A DNA stretch of 64,000 nucleotides from the NCBI RefSeq assembly GCF_023055435.1, contig NW_025963779.1:36642001-36706000 (forward strand). Direction: 5' to 3'. Origin of the DNA: Haliotis rufescens. Lineage: Eukaryota. This document shows positions 1 to 12,400 of the stretch, in pieces (the stretch's first letter is position 1; each line of letters begins with the position of its first letter). The notes under the pieces were generated by a model. It saw nothing but the letters and a program-made list of their open reading frames with translations. It was not told the DNA's origin and made no database searches. A program made the translations under genes and the position numbers.

Positions 1-3000
1 TATAACACATCACTGGAGGAAGCTGTAGACTAACAGAGATATAACACATCACTGGAGGAAGCTGTAGACTAACAGAGATATAACACATCACTGGAGGAAG
101 CTGTAGACTAACAGAGATATAACACATCACTGGAGGAAGCTGTAGACTAACAGAGATATAACACATCACTGGAGGAAGCTGTAGACTAACAGAGATATTA
201 CACATCACTGGAGAAAGCTGTAGACTAACAGAGATATAACACATCACTGGAGGAAGCTGTAGACTAACAGAGATATAACACATCACTGGAGGAAGCTGTA
301 GACTAACAGAGATATAACACATCACTGGAGGAAGCTGTAGACTAACAGAGATATAACACATCACTGGAGGAAGCTGTAGACTAACAGAGATATAACACAT
401 CACTGGAGGAAGCTGTAGACTAACAGAGATATAACACATCACTGGAGGAAGCTGTAGACTAACAGAGATACAACACATCACTGGAGGAAGCTGTAGACTA
501 ACAGAGATATAACACATCACTGGAGGAAGCTGCAGACTAACAGAGATATAACACATCACTGGAGAAAGCTGTAGACTAACAGAGATATAACACATCACTG
601 GAGGAAGCTGTAGACTAACAGAGATATAACACATCACTGGAGGAAGCTGTAGACTAACAGAGATATAACACATCACTGGAGGAAGCTGCAGACTAACAGA
701 GATATAACACATCACTGGAGGAAGCTGTAGACTAACAGAGATATAACACATCACTGGAGGAAGCTGTAGACTAACAGAGATATTACACATCACTGGAGGA
801 AGCTGCAGACTAACAGAGATATAACACATCACTGGAGGAAGCTGCAGACTAACAGAGATATAACACATCACTGGAGGAAGCTGTAGACTAACAGAGATAT
901 AACACATCACTGGAGGAAGCTGTAAACTAACAGAGATATAACACATCACTTGAGAAAGCTGTAGACTAACAGAGATATAACACATCACTGGAGAAAGCTG
1001 TAGACTAACAGAGATATAACACATCACTGGAGGAAGCTGTAGACTAACAGAGATATAACACATCACTGGAGGAAGCTGTAGACTAACAGAGATATAACAC
1101 ATCACTGGAGGAAGCTGTAGACAAACAGAGATATAACACATCACTTGAGAAAGCTGTAGACTAACAGAGATATAACACATCACTTGAGAAAGCTGTAGAC
1201 TAACAGAGATATAACACATCACTGGAGGAAGCTGTAGACTAACAGAGATATAACACATCACTTGAGGAAGCTGTAGACTAACAGAGATATAACACATCAC
1301 TGGAGGAAGCTGCAGACTAACAGAGATATAACACATCACTGGAGGAAGCTGTAGACTAACAGAGATATAACACATCACTTGAGAAAGCTGTAGACTAACA
1401 GAGATATAACACATCACTTGAGAAAGCTGTAGACTAACAGAGATATAACACATCACTGGAGGAAGCTGTAGACTAACAGAGATATAACACATCACTGGAG
1501 GAAGCTGCAGACTAACAGAGATATAACACATCACTGGAGGAAGCTGTAGACTAACAGAGATATAACACATCACTTGAGAAAGCTGTAGACTAACAGAGAT
1601 ATAACACATCACTTGAGAAAGCTGTAGACTAACAGAGATATAACACATCACTGGAGAAAGCTGTAGACTAACAGAGATATAACACATCACTGGAGGAAGC
1701 TGTAGACTAACAGAGATATAACACATCACTGGAGGAAGCTGTAGACTAACAGAGATATAACACATCACTGGAGGAAGCTGCAGACTAACAGAGATATAAC
1801 ACATCACTGGAGGAAGCTGCAGACTAACAGAGATATAACACATCACTGGAGGAAGCTGTAGACTAACAGAGATATTACACATCACTGGAGGAAGCTGCAG
1901 ACTAACAGAGATATAACACATCACTGGAGGAAGCTGCAGACTAACAGAGATATAACACATCACTGGAGGAAGCTGCAGACTAACAGAGATATAACACATC
2001 ACTGGAGGAAGCTGTAGACTAACAGAGATATTACACATCACTGGAGGAAGCTGCAGACTAACAGAGATATAACACATCACTGGAGAAAGCTGTAGACTAA
2101 CAGAGATATAACACATCACTGGAGGAAGCTGTAGACTAACAGAGATATAACACATCACTGGAGGAAGCTGTAGACTAACAGAGATATAACACATCACTGG
2201 AGGAAGCTGTAGACTAACAGAGATATAACACATCACTGGAGGAAGCTGCAGACTAACAGAGATATAACACATCACTGGAGGAAGCTGCAGACTAACAGAG
2301 ATATAACACATCACTGGAGGAAGCTGTAGACTAACAGAGATATTACACATCACTGGAGGAAGCTGCAGACTAACAGAGATATAACACATCACTGGAGGAA
2401 GCTGCAGACTAACAGAGATATAACACATCACTGGAGGAAGCTGTAGACTAACAGAGATATTACACATCACTGGAGGAAGCTGCAGACTAACAGAGATATA
2501 ACAAATCACTGGAGAAAGCTGTAGACTAACAGAGATATAACACATCACTGGAGGAAGCTGTAGACTAACAGAGATATAACACATCACTGGAGGAAGCTGC
2601 AGACTAACAGAGATATAACACATCACTGGAGGAAGCTGGAGACTAACAGAGATATAACACATCACTGGAGGAAGCTGTACACTAACAGAGATATAACACA
2701 TCACTAGAGGAAGCTGCAGACTAACAGAGATATAACACATCACTGGAGGAAGCTGCAGACTAACAGAGATATAACACATCACTGGAGGAAGCTGTAGACT
2801 AACAGAGATATTACACATCACTGGAGGAAGCTGCAGACTAACAGAGATATAACACATCACTGGAGGAAGCTGTAGACTAACAGAGACATAACACATCACT
2901 GGAGGAAGCTGCAGACTAACAGAGATATAACACATCACTGGAGAAAGCTGTAGACTAACAGAGATATAACACATCACTGGAGGAAGCTGCAGACTAACAG

Positions 3001-3230
3001 AGAAATAACACATCACTGGAGGAAGCTGCAGACTAACAGAGATATAACACGTCACTGGAGGAAGCTGCAGACCAACAGAGATATAACACATCACTGCAGG
3101 AACTGCAAGAAGCTGTAGACTAACAGACATATAACACATCACTGCAGGAAGCTGCAGACTAACAGACATATAACACATCAATGCACGAAGCTGCAGACTA
3201 ACACAGACATAACTGGAAACTGCAGACTAA
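1..3230. repeat. 39-bp tandem array, about 80 copies (TATAACACATCACTGGAGGAAGCTGTAGACTAACAGAGA)
   Basis: Direct periodicity; highly homogeneous, decaying after about 3080; runs off the left edge. Confidence 0.97.
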
Positions 3231-3428
3231 TACGTACTACAGGAAACTGAAGACAAACATCGACATTAGAAGAAGCTAGTTTAGCTAATGAACCATGCTC
3301 CAGTTAATAACAGTTCAAAGGTCAAGAAAAACTAATAAACAAGTTTGATGTAAGAACACGAACCAGTAGAGTGTACAAGCAAGAAGACAAGGGCACCACT
3401 GTGTCATCAGGTGGTGGGTCAGCCCTAC

Positions 3429-6400
3429 CTGAATGTCTCCGGGGCCAGAGGCTGCAGCACAGTACAGGCGTCCCCCATCAGCTTCCACAGGCAGGACAGG
3501 TCCGCACGCTGGGACGCAGCTCTGACACAAACAGGGAGTTCATCATTCACATGTTCCAATATTTCATGCAGGTGCACAGGGTGCCTCAACAGACTATCTG
3601 ACATTACAACCTGGCTCATTTACCTCGTTTAATCAAATTAGACATATTGGTGTATATAAAATTATGACACACCCAACAATCAGTGTTAATTTGGGACGTA
3701 TCTTTCCACCAAAAGCATACCAGGTAGACTCCTCATTCAAAAATATGCATATCTATATTTACACTCTATAGACATGTAATGAAGTTGACCAATAGCATCA
3801 CCATAAATCAAAACCTGTCATATCTGGACCACACCCAGGACCTAAGGATGATGTGACCATGGAGTTCCCTCTTGTAAAGGATACCTCCATGTCAGAATGA
3901 TGAGATCTGATTGCTTCACGTGATATTGATAAAATATGTTATCATACCTCCATGTCAGAATGATGAGATCTGATTGGTTCACGTGATATTGATAAAATAT
4001 GTTATCATACCTCCATGTCAGAATGATGAGATCTGATTGGTTCACGTGATATTGATAAAATATTATATCATACCTCCATGTCAGAATGATGAGATCTGAT
4101 TGGTTCATGTGATTTTGATAAAATACTTTATCATACCTTCATGTCAGAATGATGAGATCTGATTGGTTCACATGATAAGACTTAAGGATGATGTGATCAT
4201 GGAGATCCCCAGTGTAATGACTTAAGGATGTGATCATGGAGATCACCAGTGTAATGATTTAAGGATCATGTGATCATGGAGATCCCCAGTGTAATGACTT
4301 AAGGATGTGATCATGGAGATCCCCAGTGTAATGATTTAAGGATGATGTGATCATGGAGATCCCCAGTGTAATGACTTAAGGATGATGTGATCATGGAGAT
4401 CCCCGGTGTAGTGACTTAAGGATGTGATCATGGAGATCCCCGGTGTAATGACATAAGGATGTGATCATGGAGATCCCCAGTGTAATGACTTAAGGATGAT
4501 GTGATCATGGAGATCCCCGGTGTAGTGACTTAAGGATGATGTGATCATGGAGATCCCCGGTGTAGTGACTTAAGGATGTGATCATGGAGATCCCCGGTGT
4601 AATGACATAAGGATGTGATCATGGAGATCCCCAGTGTAATGACTTAAGGATGATGTGATCATGGAGATCCCCGGTGTAATGACATAAGGATGTGATCATG
4701 GAGATCCCCAGTGTAATGACTTAAGGATGATGTGATCATGGAGATCCCCGGTGTAGTGACTTAAGGATGTGATCATGGAGATCCCCGGTGTAATGACATA
4801 AGGATGTGATCATGGAGATCCCCAGTGTAATGACTTAAGGATGATGTGATCATGGAGATCCCCGGTGTAATGACTTAAGGATGTGATCATGGAGATTCCC
4901 GGTGTAATGACTTAAGGATGTGATCATGGAGATTCCCGGTGTAATGACTTAAGGATGTGATCATGGAGATCCCCAGTGTAATGACATAAGGATGTGATCA
5001 TGGAGATCACCAGTGTAATGACTTAAGGATGTGATCATGGAGATCCCCGGTGTAATGACTTAAGGATGTGATCATGGAGATCCCCAGTGTAATGACATAA
5101 GGATGTGATCATGGAGATCACCAGTGTAATGACTTAAGGATGTGATCATGGAGATCCCCGGTGTAATGACTTAAGGATGTGATCATGGAGATCCCCAGTG
5201 TAATGACTTAAGGATGATGTGATCATGGAGATCCCCAGAGTAATGACTTAAGGATGTGATCATGGATATCCCAAGTGTAATGACTTAAGGATGTGATCAT
5301 GGAGATCCCCGGTGTAATGACTTAAGGATGTGATCATGGAGATCCCCAGTGTAGTGACTTAAGGATGATGTGATCATGGAGATCCCCAGTGTAATGACTG
5401 AAGGATCATGTGATCATGGAGATCCCCAGTGTAATGACTTAAGGATGTGATCATGGATATCCCCAGTGTAATGACTTAAGGATGTGATCATGGAGATCCC
5501 CAGTGTAATGACTTAAGGATGTGATCATGGAGATCCCCGGTGTAATGACTTAAGGATGTGATCATGGAGATCCCCAGTGTAATGACTTAAGGATGTGATC
5601 ATGGAGATCCCCAGTGTAATGACTTAAGGATGTGATCATGGAGATCCCCGGTGTAGTGACTTAAGGATGTGATCATGGAGATCCCCGGTGTAGTGACTTA
5701 AGGATGTGATCATGGAGATTCCCGGTGTAGTGACTTAAGGATGTGATCATGGAGATCCCCGGTGTAGTGACTTAAGGATGTGATCATGGAGATCCCCGGT
5801 GTAGTGACTTAAGGATGTGATCATGGAGATCCCCGGTGTAGTGACTTAAGGATGTGATCATCGAGATCCCCGGTGTAATGACTTAAGGATGTGATCATGG
5901 AGATCCCCGGTGTAATGACTTAAGGATGTGATCATGGAGATCCCCGGTGTAGTGACTTAAGGATGTGATCATGGAGATCCCCGGTGTAGTGACTTAAGGA
6001 TGTGATCATGGAGATCCCCGGTGTAATGACTTAAGGATGTGATCATGGAGATCCCCGGTGTAGTGACTTAAGGATGTGATCATGGAGATCCCCGGTGTAA
6101 TGACTTAAGGATGTGATCATGGAGATCCCCGGTGTAGTGACTGAAGGATGCACCATCTCACCTGGTCAGATAAACCAAGGCCTCCTGACACTTGTCCCGA
6201 GCCAGGCCGTCCAGACAGGTGGTCAAGTGTTGCCGTGCCAACAGCAACAGGGTTTCACCAAGACCTGAACAGAGAGATGCTACTGTAAATTTACAGAAAA
6301 CACTACATACATGCATACTGCAGCATGACTATCAATGTAATATAGAATGTGTTACAGACACATGCTCTGAACTGTGTAACTGGGTGTTGCGTGCAGTGTT

Positions 6401-9400
6401 ACTGATATATGTAGCATCTCTACTTGGACATGCTGCCCACCTTTGAGTGCTGGCACATAGTTGTGGGACTTCTCCAGGATGGTCTTGTACTCCGCCACAG
6501 CCTCGGGGTATTCTCCTAGGGTCTGCTTAATGCTGGCAATTCTGTAGTCAAACATGAAAAGAGATTGTTATAGATAACCATTAAAAACATTAGTATTACA
6601 ATGAAAAGAACACACTTTTTACAGGTGCCAATGCCAGTAAGTGATGTGAAAATTTTGTCCATGTTGAGTGGTTGAGTGAGTGGTTGAGTGTTTGAGTGAG
6701 TGTTTGAGTGAGTGTTTGAGTGAGTGGTTGAGTGGTTGGGTGAGTGAGTGAGTGAGTGAGTGAGTTTTTATGATGAACTTTGCAACATTCAAACAATATC
6801 ATGAAGTGGGCTCCACACATCTTTAGGAAGTGACATTCAAGATGTTGGGTGGGTAGGAAGTAATCATGTACTCACTGGAAGAGACTGTACACTGATTCTG
6901 GGTTCAACTGTAATGAAAGAAGTTATGAGTCATGTTACATTGTTGAGGGTTCATGCCAATCTTTGGAAACAAATTCAAGCACTTGTAAAGTAACTTTCAT
7001 GTAACCTTTCACCACAGTCAAAGGCACTGTTATCAAATCAAGTACACATACATATTTGAAATGTCCAGGTGATTACAGGTTGTTGTTTTTAAACAGTCAG
7101 ATTGCTGTATGAACAGACACATTCCTTTTACAATGGTTTGCACCTATCATTTCTACTATTACCGCTACATTGATCATTTTCTTAAGTATAAGTACTTAAA
7201 AAGGTGCAATGGATTTCATAGAATTCTGAGACTCTTTACCCACCATGCCCACCAAAACACATTGCGCAAAAGTCTTTATGATATTCGATCAAACACCCCT
7301 ACACCATCAATCAAGACATAATTATGTCTCCTCAACATTTCTGCTTCATTGTACATGTTATAAAATGTCAAAATCAGACAAGAAATTTGTTCTCAAATGT
7401 ACCTAAAATGAGCACTGATTTTGACCACACTATATGAGTGAGTATTGTTTTATGCCATTTTTACCAATATTCCAGCAATATCACGGCAGGGGACACCAGA
7501 AATGGGCTTCATACATTGTACCCATGTGGGGCATCAAAACCGGGTTTTCAGTGTGACGTACGAACACTTTAACCACTAGGCTACCCCACCGCCCTGCCCC
7601 ACACAACATGAAACAAAGCAGTTTGGTTTGTGGTATATATACTTGAAAGCAATACTTGACTGTAACATCTCCCTGACTACTTCTGTCCTCACCTCAGCTG
7701 CCTTTGTGAACGTCTTGAGAGCTGCTGTGTAGCTCCCCCGGTGCAGGTAAGCCTCGGCCAAACACTCCCACACATGGCTGACAAAAGGAAAATGGTGATT
7801 GTAGTAGCTGCCTATAAATAATCATCTGGATATCACGTCCCATTCTGTTGGGGTATGATGACACATCAGCCAATTCACTGAGGAAGTGAGTGAGTATGGT
7901 TTTACGCTGCTTTTAGCAATATTCCAGCAATATCACAGCGGGGGACACCAGAAATGGGCTTCACACATTGTACCCATGTCGAGAATCAAACCCAGGTCTT
8001 TGGCATGACGAGCAAATGCTTTAATCACTAGGCTACTAGACCGCCCCTCACTGAGGAAGATCTCATTATTTCAGTTGCCATGTGTGACAAGAATATCTTC
8101 ATCCGGGATACAGAGGAGGGAAATGTGAAATGTACACATGGTTACAAAGACCAAGGCGCAAATACAGGGTGTCATTTGAATACTTTACCTTCCAATATAT
8201 TAATACTTAATATAAATTTAACACTTGGACTGCTTTAAAAAGTGTCTCTCCATGGCCAGAGTGAATAATGAAACATCTCAAGCAAATATTTAATATCCGA
8301 TTGCAAAACATACAGAAACAGGTATTGTGATTTTTATACATATTTTCTATCATCTATTCACAAAACAGTCATCATATATATGATGCATCTGTCTTCTTTC
8401 AATAATGATTTTAAAACACTCTAACTGGCAAGTTATATTCTGCTGTGTCATGATCATGCTTGCCAATAACTAGAGTTTATGGCCCCCTTTCACAAAGTAG
8501 CGCTACGACTGTCGTAAGTTTACGTTAAAGTTTAGGAGTTACTGTCGTACTGCGGTCCCTTTGCTCTATGACAGTCATAACTCCAATACGTTAACATATA
8601 TCAACCAGTGGTAGTGCTAAGACTGCTTTGTGAGGCAGGGACCATGTTAGAACATGGGTTCTTACTTGTCTCGGGGGTCTGCTCTGAGAGCCGCCTGGAA
8701 TGATGCCACGGCGATGGTGGGGTCGTCATGTCGCACCTGATACAGACCTAGCCTCAGCCAGGCCCACTTGCCACTAGTCATACAAACACACATAATGAGA
8801 AAAAATACTCCACAAAAAGCACTGTTGCTTATACTGTTGTCTAAATCTTAATGCTGTGATAAAAGCTGAATCCCACTGTAGTGCTACATATCCTACCACA
8901 ATAGCAGCTTTGGGGTCTTTTCATGCGTGAAGACAATGCTTACCAGTATGGGTAAACATTTTTCCACAATTGAAGAACATCTTTTCAAACTTAAAAATAT
9001 ATTTCCATGCTATGAACAAATCCAAGTCACATCATAATACAGATATTGTTTGCCACAATACCAATACAAACTGTTTAATATCTACATCCCTAGTAAATAG
9101 TTCTAATTCAAACAAACAGTTGGCCTGCACTCACCAGCCAGCATTGGCCTGACTTGTGGCAGCCTCCAGAAGGGCCTTGGCTTCCTCCTGCAACCAGTAA
9201 CATCTCTACAGGCACAGCTCTATAACACAGCCCCTCATCTACGGGGACCATTGTTATGGATTGGAAATTGAAAAATCTTGGACTGGAATCAGCCTTTCAT
9301 CTAACCTGACATTAGTGGCCCAGTGACAAAAGTGGCCCAGTGACACAAGCGGCCCTGTGACATAAGTGACACAAGCGGCCCTGTGACATAAGTGACACAA

Positions 9401-12400
9401 GTGGCCCTGTGACATAAGTGACACAAGTGGCCCTGTGACATAAGTGACACAAGTGGCCCTGTGACATAAGTGACACAAGTGGCCCTGTGACATAAGTGAC
9501 ACAAGTGGCCCTGTGACATAAGTGGCCCAGTGATATAAGTGGCCCAGTGACACAAGTGGCCCAGTGATATAAGTGGCCCAGTGACACAAGTGGCCCTGTG
9601 ACATAAGTGACACAAGAGGCCCTGTGATATATAAGTGACTTAAGTGGCCCAGTGACACAAGCGGCCCTGTGATATAAGTGGTCCTGTGACATATGTGGCC
9701 CCTTAACACAAGTGGCCCTGTGATATAAGTGGCCCAGTGACACAAGTGGGCCCCGTGACATATGTGACACAAGTGGCCGAGTGATATAAGTGGCCCTGTG
9801 AAACAAGTGACACAAGTGGCCCTGTGACATAAGTGACACAAGTGGCCCTGTGACATAAGTGGCCCAGTGATATAAGTGGCCCAGTGACACAAGTGGCCCA
9901 GTGATATAAGTGGCCCAGTGACACAAGTGGCCCCGTGACATAAGTGACACAAGAGGCCCTGTGATATATAAGTGACTTAAGTGGCCCAGTGACACAAGCG
10001 GCCCTGTGATATAAGTGGTCCTGTGACATATGTGGCCCCTTAACACAAGTGGCACTGTGATATAAGTGGCCCAGTGACACAAGTGGGCCCCGTGACATAT
10101 GTGACACAAGTGGCCCTGTGATATAAGTGACATAAGTGGCCCTGTGACACAAGTGGTCCTGTGATATAAGTGACATAAGTGGCCCAGTGACATAAGTGGC
10201 CCAGTGACACAAGTGGCCCTGTGACATAAGTGGACCTGTGACACAAGGGGCCCTGTGACACAAGTGGACCCGTGACACAAGTGGCCTAGTGACACAGTGG
10301 CCCAGTGACACATGTGGCCCTGTGTTATAAGTGGCCCAGTGACACATGTGACCCTGTGTTATAAGTGGCCCAGTGACACCAGTGACATAAGTGACACCAA
10401 TGGCCCTGTATCAAAGTGGCTGGTGACAAAGTGGCCCTGTTACAAAATGGCCTGGTGACAAAGTGACCCTGTTACAAAATGGCCCTGTGATAAAGTGGCC
10501 CTGTTACAAATGGCCTAGAGACAAAGTAGCCTAGTGACAAAGTGGCCCTGTGACAAAGTAGCCTAGTGACAAAGTGGCCCTGTGACAAAGTGGCCAAGTG
10601 ACAAAGTGGCCCTGTGACAAAGTGGCCCTGCTACAAAATGGCCCAGTGACAAAATGGCCCTATGGAGGTTTTTCTCTTGGAAGAAATAAAGTTGTTCATC
10701 ATGCCCTTATACAAAGCATTTGTCGTCTTTCAATAATCATTAATATATTTCACCTGACATCTAATAATCTGCTATGTCATGATCACATATTCCAATAACC
10801 AGGGCCCAGTTTCACACAGCGACTGTAGTGCTATAACAGTTGTAACTCCTATACTTCAACATGAAGGGGGCGCCAACAATAGGCTTTGATAGTGAGGAGA
10901 ATCGGACACTGTGCTGGTCTTTGGCATGACAAATGAAGGACTACATGTCTTGACCAACCCAACACCCTTATAAGAAGACCTTATTTCCATCAAAACAGTT
11001 TCAGTTGTGACTTACATCTTCACCAATGGCGACCAAGATGTCACAGAGTGCAGCTCCAGCCTCCTCATTAGCAGGGTCAAGGTCGTACGCCTTCTGATAG
11101 CAACGCTTGGCTTTTCTGTTTAATAGTGTTAAAAAGAAAGTGACAAAAAACAGATCAGGATAACTGAAGTTGACAGCTGAATCAACATCACTACCACTGC
11201 CAGTTAACATCAAAAGAAGCCATGAGCAAACTAAAGGGAGTCAACTCAACCATCAGGTTGAATACATACACATTCTCCTTCTGCACAGTGGCGTAGAAGT
11301 GTCCCAGGTAGAGGAATATGTCACTATTGTAGGGGTCAAGTTTGGCTGCCTGAAACATGATAAACATTTATGTATGATGTGCAATGTCATTTTGTTTCAA
11401 TGAACATACAAATCAAGTATTATCTTTAAGTGTATTATCAGAAGCTGTAGTATCAGTGAAGATTTCAACTTCTTTCAATGTGACACTAAATCCCTAAGTC
11501 AATCAAATGTTGGCCACATGGGCCTTAGGAAAGCCCTAAAACATCTCTTCTGCATCCCTCACCTTAAGGTAGGCCTTGAAACATCTCTCCTGCACCCCTC
11601 ACCTTAAGGAAGGTCTTGAAACATCTCTCCTGCACCCCTCACCATAAGGAAGGCCTTGAAACATTTCTCCTGCACCCCTCACCTTATAGAAGGTCTTGAA
11701 ACATCTCTCCTGCACCCCTCACCTTAAAGAAGGCCTTGAAACATCTCTCCTGGACCCCTCACCTTATAGAAGGCCTTGAAAATCCTTCCCGCACCCCTTA
11801 CCTTAAGGAAGGCCTTGAAACATCTCTCCTGCACCCCTCACCTTATAGAAGGTCTTGAAACATCTCACCTGCACCCCTCACTATAAGGAAGGCCTTGAAA
11901 CATCTCTCCTGCACCCCTAACCTCAAAGAAGGCCTTGAAACATCTCTCCTGCACCCCTCACCTTGAGGAAGGCCTTGAAACATCTCTCCTGCACCCCTCA
12001 CCTTGTGGAAGGCCTTGAAACATCTCTCCTGCACCCCTAACCTCAAAGAAGGCCTTGAAACATCTCTCCTGCACCCCTCACCTTAAGAAAGGCCTTGAAA
12101 CATCTCTCCTGCACCCCATCCTGGCCTTCGGTGTCTCGCAGCTGCCACAGGACTCGCCCCAGCATGTACTGGTGTCCACTCACACCGGGGGCGTCCTCAG
12201 TCAGCTTCTCAAACCTGTCACAACAGACAGGCCCAAACTGTGCAACTTCTAGGTAATACCTACACAAGCTTTGATACCATCTCTTTGAGGACTAATTGGG
12301 TTCACAAAACAATGTTCAGTTTAATTGTTATACTGATTAAGTACTGGATATGAAAGTATTCTGATCTGTGATGATCTGTTCTTTTAAGGGTATGACAATC

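Noticed and set aside
9254-10347. Long Cys/His-rich ORFs (up to 333 aa) on the minus strand
   Set aside because: Translations of a minisatellite open in several frames; SKIC3 splices across it with consistent phase.
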